Source: an uncultured Chloroflexia bacterium (GTDB taxonomy: Bacteria > Chloroflexota > Limnocylindria > Limnocylindrales > CSP1-4). Taken from it: a stretch of DNA of 64,000 nt. The stretch is taken from positions 294,931 to 358,930 of the forward strand of contig CAWDFY010000002.1 in NCBI GenBank assembly GCA_963801745.1, given 5' to 3'. The translations under genes and the position numbers were made by a program. Below, piece after piece: positions 22,744-34,112 of the stretch. The notes under the pieces were generated by a model that saw only the letters and a program-made list of their open reading frames with translations, was not told the DNA's origin and made no database searches. How positions within the stretch are numbered: position 1 is the stretch's first letter; each line of letters starts with the position of its first letter.

Positions 22744-23222
22744 CGGCCCGGGAGGCCGTCCCGGCCGAGATGGCGCCGCTGTTCGAGGGCGCGCCGCGCT
22801 TCCTGGCACGACTGCACGCCGCGAGCCCCTACGCTGACGACACCGCGCTGTTCGAGGCCGCCCGCCGGATCGCCCATCAGATGCCGGAGGATGAGCAGAT
22901 CGAGCTGGTCGATGCGCATCCGCGCCTCGGAGCGCCGTCTGGGACGGTGTCGGCCATGAGCTTCGTCGAGCAGGGCTACGACCGGGGAGCCGGCACGTCC
23001 GGCGACGTCGATGTCGCCGCCGAGCTGGAATGGCTCAACGATTCGTACGAGGCCCAGCACGGGTTCCGCTACTGCGTGTTCGTCGCAGGCCGGCCACGCG
23101 AGGCGCTGCTCCCCGAGATGGCCGCCGCGCTCGCGGCGGACCGGACGACCGAGCTCCATCGCGCCCTCGACGCCGTGGTCGATATCGCCATCGACCGGTA
23201 TGCCAAAGTGGTCCCGCGATGA
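22740..23222 (+). CDS. uraD: OHCU decarboxylase
   Basis: AHPRLG, SxxEQ, LNDSYEAQHGFRYCVFV. Confidence 0.85.
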   Translation: MTAREAVPAEMAPLFEGAPRFLARLHAASPYADDTALFEAARRIAHQMPEDEQIELVDAHPRLGAPSGTVSAMSFVEQGYDRGAGTSGDVDVAAELEWLNDSYEAQHGFRYCVFVAGRPREALLPEMAAALAADRTTELHRALDAVVDIAIDRYAKVVPR

Positions 23223-24067
23223 TCGAGCTCGGTGCCAATCGCTATGGCAAGGCCGCCATCCGGATCGTCCGCGTCGGCCGTGACAGCACCCCGCATCGGC
23301 TCCGCGACCTCACTGTCGCGATCGCCCTCGAGGGCGACTTCACGGCGGCCCACGCCGACGGCGACAACTCGCTGGTCATCGCCACCGACACGATGAAGAA
23401 CACGGCATATGCGTTTGCCGCGGAGCACCTGACCGGCTCGATCGAGGCGTACGCGACGGTCCTCGGGCGCCACTTCCTCGACAACGACCAGGTCGACCGG
23501 GCGGTCGTCAACGTCCGCGAGCACGGCTGGCGGCCTATCGATGGTGCGGCCGGCCCGGCGCCAGACGCGTTCCTGCGGACCGGCGAGGGCACCCGGGTCG
23601 CGACCGTCGCGGTCGGGCGTGACGGCGTCGTCGTCGATGCCGGCATCGAGGACCTCGTCGTGATGAAGACGACCCGCTCGGCATTCTCGGGCTTTCCCCG
23701 CGACCGGTTCACGACCCTGGCCGAGACCGAGGATCGGCTGATGGCCACGAAGCTCACCGCGATCTGGGCCTATGGTGCGCCCGACGTCGACTTCGACGCC
23801 ACGTGGGCGGCCGTCCGTGACACGCTGCTCGAGGTCTTCGCCGACCACGACAGCCCGAGCGTCCAGACGTCGATCTGGATCATGGCCAAGGCGATGCTCG
23901 AGCGGCACGAGGAGCTCGACGAGGTCCGGATGATCCTCCCGAACCTGCACCATTGGACGGTCGACCTCGACCGGTTCGGGGTCGCCAACGACCGGCTCGT
24001 GTACGTCGCCACGACCGAGCCGCACGGCCTGATCGAGGCGACGGTCCGCCGATCGGAGGTGTCCTGA
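23219..24067 (+). CDS. pucL: Urate oxidase (uricase)
   Basis: [29 protein letters not shown]. Confidence 0.92.
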   Translation: MIELGANRYGKAAIRIVRVGRDSTPHRLRDLTVAIALEGDFTAAHADGDNSLVIATDTMKNTAYAFAAEHLTGSIEAYATVLGRHFLDNDQVDRAVVNVREHGWRPIDGAAGPAPDAFLRTGEGTRVATVAVGRDGVVVDAGIEDLVVMKTTRSAFSGFPRDRFTTLAETEDRLMATKLTAIWAYGAPDVDFDATWAAVRDTLLEVFADHDSPSVQTSIWIMAKAMLERHEELDEVRMILPNLHHWTVDLDRFGVANDRLVYVATTEPHGLIEATVRRSEVS

Positions 24068-25617
24068 TGGCCCCGCCCGGCGTCGTCGTCACCGGTCCGT
24101 CGGTCGAGGGGTCGGATCGCGTCCTGACCGACGAGGCCCTGGCGTTCATCGCCGACCTGCAGCGGCGGTTCGGCCGGTTCCGTCTCGACCTGCTCCAGCG
24201 ACGGCACCAGCGTCAGGCCGCACTCGACGCGGGGCAGCCGCTCGACTTCCCGGCCGGCACGCACGAGATCCGCGAGGCCGACTGGACGGTGGCGCCCGCG
24301 CCGGCCGACTTCGACGACCGCCGGGTCGAGATCACCGGCCCGGCCGAGCCGAAGATGATGATCAACGCCCTCAACTCGGGCGCTCGGGTCTTCATGGCCG
24401 ACCTCGAGGACGCGCTGTCGCCGACCTGGGCGAACGTGGTCGGCGGGCAGGCGGCATTGATCGATGCGGTGCGCGGCACGCTGGCGTTCGACTCGCCCGA
24501 GGGCAAGTCGTATCGGCTCGGCGACCGGATCGCGCAGCTGGTCGTTCGACCGCGCGGCTGGCACCTGGTCGAGTCGCACGTGATGGTCGACGGCGTGCCG
24601 ATGTCGGCGTCGCTGTTCGATGCTGGGCTGTACCTGTTCCACAACGCGGCCGAACGGGTGGCACGCGGGTCGGGGCCGTACCTGTACCTGCCCAAGCTCG
24701 AGTCGCACCACGAGGCGCGGTTGTGGAACGACGTGTTCATCGCGGCCCAGGAGGCGCTCGGTGTGCCGCGTGGCTCGATCCGGGCGACCGTGCTCATCGA
24801 GACCATCACGGCGGCGTTCGAGATGGACGAGATCCTGTACGAGCTGCGCGAGCACGCCGCGGGCCTCAACGCCGGCCGCTGGGACTACCTGTTCAGCGTC
24901 ATCAAGCGGTTCCGCGGGTCGTCGGCGCTGGAGTCGCCCGATCGCGCGCAGCTGACGATGACCGTGCCGTTCATGCGGGCCTACACCGAGCTGCTCGTCG
25001 CGACCTGCCATCGCCGCGGAGCGCACGCGATCGGCGGGATGGCCGCGTTCATCCCGAACCGGCGCGACCCCGAGGTCACCGAACGGGCGCTGGCCAAGGT
25101 CCGCGACGACAAGGAGCGCGAGTCGCGCGACGGGTTCGACGGGACGTGGGTGGCGCATCCCGACCTCGTGCCGCTGGCGACGGAGATCTTCGATTCGGTC
25201 CTCGGCGAGCGCCCGAACCAGAAGGAGCGCGTACCCGAGGCGCAGGCCGCCGCCGCCGACCTGACGCGGTTCGCGGTCGAGGGTGGCGAGGTCACCGATG
25301 CCGGCATGCGCGCCAACGTGCGCGTCGCGCTTGCGTACATCGACTCGTGGCTGCGCGGGACGGGCGCCGCGGCGATCGACAACCTGATGGAGGATGCCGC
25401 GACGGCCGAGATCGCCAGGTCCCAGCTATGGCTGTGGCGGGTCCGCGGGCGTCTGTCCGTGGAGCAGTACGCCGCGATCCGCGACGAGGAGCTGGAGCGT
25501 CTGGGCGGCGCGGGCGAAGGCCGGCTGAAGGACGCCTGGGACCTGCTGGACCACCTCGTCCTCGACGACGACTTCGCCGACTTCCTGACACTCCGGGCGT
25601 ACGCGGTCCTCGAATAG
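24067..25617 (+). CDS. aceB: Malate synthase A
   Basis: [56 protein letters not shown]. Confidence 0.95.
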   Translation: MAPPGVVVTGPSVEGSDRVLTDEALAFIADLQRRFGRFRLDLLQRRHQRQAALDAGQPLDFPAGTHEIREADWTVAPAPADFDDRRVEITGPAEPKMMINALNSGARVFMADLEDALSPTWANVVGGQAALIDAVRGTLAFDSPEGKSYRLGDRIAQLVVRPRGWHLVESHVMVDGVPMSASLFDAGLYLFHNAAERVARGSGPYLYLPKLESHHEARLWNDVFIAAQEALGVPRGSIRATVLIETITAAFEMDEILYELREHAAGLNAGRWDYLFSVIKRFRGSSALESPDRAQLTMTVPFMRAYTELLVATCHRRGAHAIGGMAAFIPNRRDPEVTERALAKVRDDKERESRDGFDGTWVAHPDLVPLATEIFDSVLGERPNQKERVPEAQAAAADLTRFAVEGGEVTDAGMRANVRVALAYIDSWLRGTGAAAIDNLMEDAATAEIARSQLWLWRVRGRLSVEQYAAIRDEELERLGGAGEGRLKDAWDLLDHLVLDDDFADFLTLRAYAVLE

Positions 25618-25620
25618 GGG

Positions 25621-25668
25621 TTGACACCATCCGGCCACTGGCGTATATATCGGCCATCGATATATCGA
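25621..25668 (+). promoter_or_regulatory. Sigma70-type promoter plus palindromic operator for padR
   Basis: TTGACA (25621-25626), 17 bp, TATATA (25644-25649); perfect palindrome TCGATATATCGA (25657-25668). Confidence 0.75.
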
Positions 25669-25690
25669 ACGTCGTAAGAGTGGAGTTCGG

Positions 25691-26014
25691 ATGACCACCA
25701 AGTCCCCCGAGTTCGGACGGTTCACCGAGCCGTCGCTGCTCATCCTCGTCAGCCTGAGCGACGGGCCGAAGCATGGCTACGCGATCATGCAGGACGTCGA
25801 GTCCGGGACGGGCCGGCCTATGGGTGCCGGCACGCTATACGCGGCCATCGCGCGCCTCGAGGAGCAGGGCTTCGTCGAACCCATGCCGCCGATCGATCGA
25901 CGTCGGCCCTATCGCCTCACCGCGATCGGCGCGTCGATGCTCGCCGAACAGCTCCACGGCCTTTCCGAGTTCGCCCAGCGCGGGCTCCGACAGCTCGGCA
26001 AGACCCAGCCATGA
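25691..26014 (+). CDS. PadR-family transcriptional regulator
   Basis: GPKHGYAIM, GTLYAAIARLEEQG, RRPYRLT. Confidence 0.9.
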   Translation: MTTKSPEFGRFTEPSLLILVSLSDGPKHGYAIMQDVESGTGRPMGAGTLYAAIARLEEQGFVEPMPPIDRRRPYRLTAIGASMLAEQLHGLSEFAQRGLRQLGKTQP

Positions 26015-26784
26015 GAACCATCCTGGTCCGCTGCTATCCCGCCGCATGGCGGACTCGCTATGGCGACGAGTTCATGGCGCTCCTGGAGGAGCGCCCGCTC
26101 GGCCCGTACGACGTGGCGGACATCCTCATCGGCGCGCTCGACGCGCGACTGCGGTCGCATCGGGCTGCCGGATCACCTGAAAGGGGACTCCCAATGTCGC
26201 TCCGCCTCGGCGGCATCGCCGCCATCGTCGGTGCCGTGATCCTCGCCGTCTCCTGGATCGGGACGATCACGGGGGCCTTGCCGCTGGACGGACGCGCCCT
26301 CGTGGCTCTGATCTTCATCGGGCTCGTCGCCCTGCTCGTCGCGCTCACGATCCTGAGCGCCTTCCAGGCCCGTGCGTTGCCGCGCCTGGTCTGGACGGCA
26401 TTCGCTTTTGCGGCCTTCGGTGCGATCGCGTATACGGTCGGGATGGTCGCGCTGATCGGCGTGAATGAGGGCGACGTGACAGAGGATGGCCAGACGTTCG
26501 CGGCCGCGGCCTATGCGCTCGGTGGCGTGGCCGCCATCGTCGGCTTCGCCCTCTTCGGCCTCGCCACGATCCGCTCGGGCGTCCTGTCGCGGACAGGAGC
26601 CGTGCTGCTCGCCGTCGGTCCGGCGATGGGAGCGGTCGCCTGGGTGGCTTCGTTCACCATCGCCTGGGATTTCGGGGGGCTCATGATGCTGGGCGCCATC
26701 GCGTGCTTCCTTGCCGGCTGGATCGTCCTCGGGATCGCGGCCATCCGCCTCGACCAGCCGATGTCTGAAGCGCGGCCGGCCTGA
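26011..26784 (+). CDS. PadR-associated multi-pass membrane protein
   Basis: YPAAWRTRYGDEF N-terminal motif followed by about 6 TM helices; ATGA overlap. Confidence 0.8.
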   Translation: MRTILVRCYPAAWRTRYGDEFMALLEERPLGPYDVADILIGALDARLRSHRAAGSPERGLPMSLRLGGIAAIVGAVILAVSWIGTITGALPLDGRALVALIFIGLVALLVALTILSAFQARALPRLVWTAFAFAAFGAIAYTVGMVALIGVNEGDVTEDGQTFAAAAYALGGVAAIVGFALFGLATIRSGVLSRTGAVLLAVGPAMGAVAWVASFTIAWDFGGLMMLGAIACFLAGWIVLGIAAIRLDQPMSEARPA

Positions 26785-26816
26785 CCGGCCAGCTCGATCG
26801 AGTGAAGGAGCAGCCG

Positions 26817-27401
26817 ATGGCAAGTTCGCTGGCGGTATCGCCGTCCATGCCGACCCGGGTGCTCGGTGCGGTTGGGATCCTCGGCGGGGTCGTCCTGTTG
26901 GCGGCCTTCGTCGTCGCGATCCCGAGCGACCTGAACACGCTGCGACTCGCCCTGTTCAACCTCGGCGCGATCGCGGTCGCCATCGCCGTCCAGCGACGAC
27001 ATGCAGAGACGGGATCTCGGGTCGCCTTGCTCGTTGCTTCGGCGGTCGTCCTCGCGAATGCCTGGTACCTGGCGATGGTCGTGCTGTCCATCGGTCGCCC
27101 GATACCGCCCGCGCCGGATCCGGACTTCCGGCTTGTCATGTTTTACGCCGGGCTCGCAATGTGGCTGGCGGACTCGGCGTTCGGGTTCGTCACGCTGCGC
27201 CTCGGGCTCGTCACGCGTTGGGGCGCGCTCGCGCTCGGAGTCGGTTCGCTGCTGGCGATCCTCGGCATGAGTCACCTCGAGTTGACGTCGCCGACGAACC
27301 CGACCATCTTCGGACCGCTGTCCCTGCTCGGGATCGCCCTCAACGGGATCGGCTGGATCGTCCTTGGGCTCGACGTCGCACTACGGGGCCGCGAAGCCTG
27401 A
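26817..27401 (+). CDS. Multi-pass membrane protein, probable paralogue of the TM part of the upstream gene
   Basis: AAGGAG SD; about 6 hydrophobic helices with similar layout. Confidence 0.75.
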   Translation: MASSLAVSPSMPTRVLGAVGILGGVVLLAAFVVAIPSDLNTLRLALFNLGAIAVAIAVQRRHAETGSRVALLVASAVVLANAWYLAMVVLSIGRPIPPAPDPDFRLVMFYAGLAMWLADSAFGFVTLRLGLVTRWGALALGVGSLLAILGMSHLELTSPTNPTIFGPLSLLGIALNGIGWIVLGLDVALRGREA

Positions 27402-27430
27402 GCGGTCGCCCCCGGGGCGACGGGCGGAAG

Positions 27431-27867
27431 GGGGTGCCGAGCGATGCACACCGACCGCATCGCTGGTCGGCGGTAAAGGCGCAGTGAAGTCCGCTCGAAC
27501 CTCCGGGCAAGGGGTCGTCGCTACGGTCGGCCGATGGCCTGGTCAGCGGCGGATCGCGAGCGCTGGAAACCGGAGGTGCAGCGCGGCTGGGAGATCCTCG
27601 GGGCGATGGTCAAGCGCCGGCGCATCGCGCTCCACTGGTCGCAACGCGACCTGCAACGCGCGACCGGGATCCACCAAAGCGCGATCTCGCGCCTCGAGAC
27701 CGGGCGACTTTCGGGGCTCCGCATGGCTCGGTTCGCTGCGTTGGTCGCCGCGATGAAGGGCCTCGATCCCGACGCGCCGCATCCGAAACCTCCGCTCAAA
27801 CCCTGGCGCGATTGGGATTGACGCCGCCCCCACAGCGATGCGGCCGGTGTGCATCAACGACCACCCC
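27431..27867. repeat. Imperfect inverted repeat pair flanking an HTH gene
   Basis: 27443-27465 GATGCACACCGACCGCATCGCTG vs 27833-27855 CAGCGATGCGGCCGGTGTGCATC (22/23 complementary); GGGGTG / CACCCC extend outward at equal spacing. Confidence 0.8.
27534..27821 (+). CDS. XRE-family HTH protein
   Basis: RRRIALHWSQRDLQRATGIHQSAISRLETG. Confidence 0.75.
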   Translation: MAWSAADRERWKPEVQRGWEILGAMVKRRRIALHWSQRDLQRATGIHQSAISRLETGRLSGLRMARFAALVAAMKGLDPDAPHPKPPLKPWRDWD

Positions 27868-28006
27868 TCCGGCCGGGTGGCCAGGAATGTGCATCACCGC
27901 AGGCTCGGACGAAGTCGCGGCGTGATAGCGTGACGGCTGCGCCGCACCGGTAGCGGCCTCCATTCCGAAGACGCCCGTGCAGGGCCGTCCAGAAGGAGGT
28001 TTGCCC

Positions 28007-28433
28007 GTGTCATCGATCGAGGTGCGCCGCTTCCGCCGTGACGACCGGGTCCAGCTGACCGCGCTCGTCAACGCCCACGTCGCCGCCGTCATGCCCGGCG
28101 TGACCGTTTCGGTCAACGCGGTCCTGAACCAGCTCGAGCGGGAGCCGGGCGAGTTCATCGTCGATCCGTGGGTCGCCGAACGGCTCACCCTCGTCGCGGA
28201 GCAGCGGGGGCGCATCGTGGGCCGACATCGGCAACCTCGAGGTCGACGAGGCACAGCGCGGGCGGGGCGTCGGCCGCTGGCTCGTCGGCCAGGCAGCGGA
28301 GTGGCTGCGTCTCGGCCGCGTCGACCGGGTCATCGGCTACGCGCAAGGCGACGCGGACCCGTGTCTCGGGTTCCTCGAGCGCGTCGGCTTCCGCGTGCTC
28401 ACCCGGACCCGACGAGGGTGGTCGAAGCCCTAA
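28007..28433 (+). pseudogene. GNAT acetyltransferase with apparent internal deletion and frameshift near 28222
   Basis: AAGGAGG SD; N-terminus ...EQRGRIVG joined out of frame to DIGNLEVDEAQRGRGVGRWL... Confidence 0.55.
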
Positions 28434-29835
28434 CCCGCGATCGCACCCCGCTCGACGAACCGGCCGAACCCACGGCGACCGACGAACGCACCGTCGGCGA
28501 TGACCGGCTCGCCCCGAACGAGCACGTCGCGGACGGCACCGCTGACGTCGAGTCCCTCGTACGGCGTGTAGTCGCTCGTGTGGTGGAGGTCCACCGCGCG
28601 GATGGTCCGCCGTGCCGACGGGATCGAACACGACGATGTCGGCATCGCGACCGACCTCGAGCGCGCCCTTTCGCGCGAGCCCGAACCGCGCGGCCGGCGT
28701 GGTCGCGAGCAGATCGACCATGCGCTCCACCGTCATCCGACCGCGGGCGACACCCTCGCTGTACAGCAGCGTCAGCAGCGTCTCGATGCCGGGTGCCCCG
28801 TTGCTGATCCGATCGAAGGACACGCCACTCGCTGCCTCGGCCTTCTCGACGCCGAACCGGTCGGGGACGTGGTCGGTGGCGACGAGGTCGAGCGAGCCAT
28901 CGGCGAGGCCCTCCCACAACGCGGCCTGGTCCGCCTCGCTGCGCAGCGGCGGGGAGATCACGAAGCAGGCGCACCGGGCCGGATCGGGCTCGTCGTAGCG
29001 GTCCTCGGTGAGGACCAGGTAGTGCGGGCAGGTCTCGGCCGACACCCGGACACCGGCGGCCCGTGCCCGGCGCACCTCGTCGAGCGCCGCCGCCGAGGAG
29101 AGATGGACGACGTGGACGGGCGAGTCGGTGGCGCGCGCGAACGCCAGGGCCCGGGCCGTCGCGACCGCCTCGACGTACGGCGGTCGCGAGGTCGCGTGGT
29201 AGCGCGGCAGCGTGTCACCACGCTGCAGCGCGGCGGCCACGCCGGCGTCGAGCAGCACCGGGTCCTCGCAGTGGACCTGGAGCATCCCGCCGCGCTCGCC
29301 CATGACCCGCATCGCGTCGAAGAGCGCCTGGTCGCCGAGCCGGAAGTCGAACACCATGAACGCCTTCGACGTCGCGACACCCGCCTCGATCGTCGCGGGG
29401 AGCTCGGCGAGGGGGTCGTCGGCGTGACCTGACACGGCGAGCGAGAGGCCGTAGTCGATCGCGCTGTCCCCGTCCGTCGCGGCGCGCCATTCCGTGAGCC
29501 CGGTCCGGAGCGATCGCTCGGCCGCCGGCGACGACCCGGTTCCGGGGTTGTTGAACGACAGGAACGACGTCGTGCCGCCATACGCCGCCGCGACCGAGTC
29601 CTGGAAGAACCGGTCGGGCTCGGCGTCGCTCGCGACGCGGGTATGCGTGTGCGACGTCGACGACGCCGGGGAGGACCAGCATCCCGGTCGCATCGATCAC
29701 CCGGTCGGCTCCGGCTGCGAGGCCATCGAGGGACGGTTCGATCGCCGTGATCCGGCCGCCATCGGCCGCCAGGTCAGCCCGTCGCGATCCCCCGGCGGTG
29801 ACGACCGTGCCGCCGCGGATGACGAGATCGGTCAA
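28430..29835 (-). CDS. Dihydropyrimidinase / D-hydantoinase-like cyclic amidohydrolase, possibly allantoinase (frameshifts near 29650 and 28615)
   Basis: AAAYGGTT, QVHCED, VVHLS, ETCPHYL, SPPLR, ATDH, GAPGIET, DYTPYEG. Confidence 0.85.
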
Positions 29836-29990
29836 TCGCCCCCGTCCCCCCCGTCGCCGTCGCCACCGATGTCCTCGCCGTCGCGTCCCCGGTAGCCTCG
29901 GCTGCGCAGCGATCGCCCGACGACCAACAGGACGACGATGATCACCGCGAAGACCGCGAACTCGGCGATCGTCGAGGCGTCCAGCGTCAG
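29832..29990 (-). CDS. Possible small membrane protein; start uncertain
   Basis: [19 protein letters not shown] helix plus Gly/Asp tail, stop overlapping the next start. Confidence 0.35.
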   Translation of the reverse strand: MTLDASTIAEFAVFAVIIVVLLVVGRSLRSRGYRGRDGEDIGGDGDGGDGGD

Positions 29991-30412
29991 GCCTCGACTT
30001 CCTCGATCCGGATCGCCTGGGCGCCCTCCCACAGCGCCCGCCGGCCGACCTCGCGCAGCCGGTCCCCCCAGCCGTCGTCGGGGACGATCGTCGCGAAGTG
30101 GTTCGCCGCCAGCTGGCCGACCTTCGACGACGTCGTACACGCGCCGTACGGGAAGAAGATCTCGCACTCGCTGATGCCGCCCGGGTACATCGCCAGCATG
30201 CCCGGGGCCGGATGCGAGGTGTGGTTCTCGTAGTCGATGCCGGGGCGGAAGTCGCCGTACGGGATCCATGTCGACTCGCCCGACCAGCGGCAGTGGATCA
30301 GCTTCGACTCGATGGGGAGCATCCGCCGGATCGCCTCGATCGTCTGGGGCGCCTCGGGCTCCCAGCGGGCGCTAAAGTGCAGGTCACCGACCTCGATCCG
30401 CAGGGTTCCCAT
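29987..30412 (-). CDS. DUF3830-family (cyclophilin-like fold) protein
   Basis: [34 protein letters not shown]. Confidence 0.8.
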   Translation of the reverse strand: MGTLRIEVGDLHFSARWEPEAPQTIEAIRRMLPIESKLIHCRWSGESTWIPYGDFRPGIDYENHTSHPAPGMLAMYPGGISECEIFFPYGACTTSSKVGQLAANHFATIVPDDGWGDRLREVGRRALWEGAQAIRIEEVEA

Positions 30413-30426
30413 GCCGGGAGGATAGC

Positions 30427-30778
30427 GTGACCGCCGACCCCGGACAGCCGCGCCCGACCATCTCGCACGCACGTCCTCGACACGGAACGTGGGGTGCCGG
30501 CGAGCGGCGTCCGCGTCACGCTCTATCGACTCGACGTCGGCGGCAACGGCCCGCTCCGGATGACCCAGGCGCTGACCGATGCCGACGGACGCGTCCGCGA
30601 CCTGCTCGAGCGGCCGCTCATGGTCGGCGACTACCGCCTCGAGTTCGATGTCGCCCACGAGGACGGCTCGTTCTTCACGAAGATCGCGGTCGACCTGCAG
30701 ATCACCGACCCGGAGCGGAGCTACCACGTGCCGCTGCTGCTGGCGCCCTATTCGATGACGACCTACCGCGGCTCGTAG
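30427..30778 (+). CDS. uraH: 5-hydroxyisourate hydrolase (frameshift near 30470)
   Basis: HVLDT, TDADGR, C-terminal [18 protein letters not shown]. Confidence 0.88.
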
Positions 30779-30790
30779 CCGCCGGTCGCG

Positions 30791-32788
30791 CTAGCGGATG
30801 ACGGCGAACCCGTCGACGTCGACGCGCGGACGGCCCGTCGTGCCGACCACGACCAGCCGCACCGCGTGCGTGCCGCGGCGTCGACCACGACCGGCTGAAC
30901 AGCACGACCCGGCTACTGCGCGGTGGAGCTGCGCAGGTCGATGGTCGAGGCGAGGACGCCGTCGACGTAGATGCGCGCCTGGCCGCTGGTCGGACCCTGG
31001 CGGCCGACGATCGACGATCGCCCTGACGCCGGACCGTCGGAACTCGACCGACGCGCCCGCCTGCGTCGCCGTGTGCAGGTTCCGGTGGCTGGCCGTGCTC
31101 GAGGTCGTGTTCACCCAGCGACCCGCGTAGCGCGCGAGGCTGGTGCCGTCCTGGTACAGCGTGGCGGTCACCGCGGGCGACTCGGCCTGGGCGCCGACGT
31201 TGCCGACGCCGTCGCGAGCGGCGATCGCGAACTGCGTCGGGGTGACGAACGCCATCGGGACCGTCAGTGACCGACCGGGCGACGGCACTCGCGATCACGG
31301 TCCACGGCCCGCTGCCGATCCGTCGCCGCACGACGTAGCTCGCGACGCCGCGACACGTCGTCGGTCGCGGCACGCCAGTACGATCGTCGTGCTCAGCGTC
31401 GAGCCGACCACGGTGCCGGCATTGATCCCGTGGTGGTACACGGGGAGTGCCGTCGGGCCCGCTGACGTCGATCGCCCGCGACGCGTTGACGAGGTAGCCG
31501 GTCACGGTCCTGCCGACCATCGACGGGAGCGCCGTGCCGCGCGACAGGATCCGCGACTTGAGGAGGCCGTGCGACACCGGCCCCTCGGCCACGCTCGCGA
31601 CGAGCGCCGCGACCCCGGCCACGTGCGGCGCCGCCATCGACGTGCCGTCCGACCACGCGTAGCCGCCGCCGGGATACGTCGAGAGGATGTTCGTGCCCGG
31701 TGCGCCGATAGTCGACCGTCGTGGCCCCGTAGTTGGAGAAACTGGCCCGGGCGCCGCGCTGGTCGATCGCGGCGACGCTCACGACGTTCGGCGACGGTCG
31801 ACTCGGCCGGGTAGAAGCTCACGCCCGGTTCGTTCAGGTCGAGCCCGTCGTTGCCGGCTGCGGCGACGAACAGCGCACCCGCGTCGGCGATCGCCGCATC
31901 GAGCACGGCGCTCGCGCCGGGACCGCCCCACGACGCGTTGATGATCGGGACGCCGAAGCTGCCGGCGTAGTCGATGGCGTCGATGGCCATCTCATCGGTG
32001 CCGCACGCGCCGTCCTCGATGAACTTCAGCGCCATGATCTTGATGCCGGGCGCGACGCCGACGACGCCGGTGCCGTTCAGCGACGCCGCGATCGTGCCGG
32101 CCACGTGCGTGCCGTGCCCACCCTGGCCGGCGTCGTACACCGACGCGTTGTTGTTGCAGAAGTCCCAGCCGTGGACGTCGTCGACGCAGGCCGTTCCCGT
32201 CGTCGTCGACGCCGTTGCCGGGCGATCTCGCCCGGGTTCGTCCACTTCCGGCCGGCGAGGTCGGGATGGCTGAAGTCGACGCCGTCGTCGATGACGGCGA
32301 CGACGATCGTCCGGAAGCCCGCGCGTGATGCGCAGCGCCTCGAGACCGTCGATGTCGACGTCGGCGATGCCGGTCTGCGTCCTGATGCCGTCGATGGTCT
32401 GGCCGCTGTTGTGGAGACCCCACTCGTTCGCGAAGAGGTCCTCGTCGGTGATCTCGTCGGTCAGCTCGCGCTGGTAGTTCGGCGCGACCGCGACGACCCG
32501 CGGGTCGGCCTTCGAGCTCGCGTCGGACGGTCGCCGGTGACACGCCGTCGCCGACGACGACCTGCGGTCCGACCGTCGGCACTCGTGGAGACGACCTCCA
32601 GGTCGTGCGTCGCGTGCGCACCGCCCGGCGCTGCGACGCGCGGTCACGTCGTCCGCGTAGCGGACGAGGATCTCGTCGGTGGGGGCGGGTGGCGGGGTCG
32701 GGTCAGCGGCGGTCACCCCGGACGGGATGACCGCGAAGGCCGCACGAGCGACAGCCGAAATCAGGAACGCGCGCCGGCGGAGATGCAT
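30791..32788 (-). CDS. Secreted S8 subtilisin-like protease with C-terminal beta modules (many frameshifts)
   Basis: VIDDGVD, GHGTHVAGTIA, AAAGND, GTSMAAPHVAG across frames. Confidence 0.8.
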
Positions 32789-32819
32789 CTGTCGTCATCG
32801 TACCGCCCCGCCGTAAATG

Positions 32820-32842
32820 CCGTGACAACCTAGATGTCACGG
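32820..32842. promoter_or_regulatory. 8-bp inverted repeat in a divergent promoter region
   Basis: CCGTGACA-N7-TGTCACGG. Confidence 0.5.
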
Positions 32843-32862
32843 GTGGGTCCTATGTTCGGTGC

Positions 32863-34112
32863 ATGGAAGCACACGTCATCCCGCTGCACTCGGCGGTCCG
32901 CCTCGAGGGCGATCGGATCGTCATCGAGCGCCTCGTCGCTCGCGGACCCGACCCTCGCCGCGTTCCTCGGGGAGCGGCCGGCGGACGATCGGGGCCCGCT
33001 CGTCGAGCGTGCGCTGCGCATCGGCCTCATCGCGCTCCAGGACGCCGGCGTGACCGTCAACGTCGATGCCGTCCGTTCCGAGTTCGAGCGGATGATCCGC
33101 CAGGCCGAGCAGGTCAACGAGCGCGCGGCCGCGACCCTCGAGCAGACGCTCCGCGCCAACTTCGCCGACGGCGACGGCCGGCTGCCGCGCACGCTCGAGA
33201 AGTTCCTCGGCGACCGCGGCGCGCTGCGCTCGATGGTCGACGAGCTGTTCGACGAGAAGAAGCGAGACAGCGCCATCGGCCGGATCGGGTCGATGCTCGA
33301 GCGCTACTTCGACGGCGACGCATCGAAGCTCGCCACGCTGCTCGACCCGACCCGTCTCAACTCGCCGATGCACCAGTTCCGCCAGGAGATCGCGGCCGGG
33401 TTCAAGAGCCTCGAGGAGCGCCTCGTGGCGATCGAGGCCGCGGCCGCTGCCCGGGGAGCCGAGCGAGCGCGATCCGCGGCCAAGGGCGCCGACTTCGAGG
33501 ACCTGCTCGGCGAGCTGCTCGGCGACATCGCCCGCGGCGCCGGCGACCTGCTCGACCGGACCGGCTTCGAGGCGGGCGCGGTCATCAAGTCCAAGAAGGG
33601 CGACTTCGTGCTGACGCTCGACGCCGGCGTCGACGCGCGGCTGCGACGTGCGGGTCGTCATCGAGGCCAAGGACCGCCCGATGTCGATGCGCGCGATGCG
33701 CGACGAGCTGCGCGAGGCCCGCGAGAACCGCGGGGCGGCGGTCGCGGTCGCGATCTTCACGCCGGCCCACGCCCCGACCGGGGTCGCGCCGTTCAACCTG
33801 GTCGGCGGCGACGTCTACTGCGTCATCGACCCGGACGCGCCCGAGCCGGCGACGCTCGAGGCGGCCATCCGCCTGGCACGGCTGCTCGCGCTGGCGTCGC
33901 TCGCCGAGCGCGAGGTGACCGTCGACGCGGCGGCCATCGGCGCTGCGCTCACCGCGATCCGCGAGCAGCTCGAGGTCGTGCGCCAGCTCAAGTCGCAGCT
34001 GACCTCGATCTCGAACGCCACCAAGGCCGTGTGGACCGGGCTCGACACGATGCGTTCCGGCATCCTCGCCCGCGTCGCCGAGGCCGAGCCGGAGATCCGC
34101 GCCGCCGAGTGA
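32863..34112 (+). CDS. Coiled-coil protein with PD-(D/E)xK nuclease-like C-terminal domain, RmuC/DUF2130-like (frameshifts near 32940 and 33640)
   Basis: KGADFE, KKGDFV, VVIEAKD motifs plus helical N- and C-terminal segments. Confidence 0.68.

Noticed and set aside
32845-32858. LexA (CGAAC-N4-GTTCG) box upstream of the RmuC-like gene
   Set aside because: Only the right half-site matches; TATGTT is better explained as the -10 element
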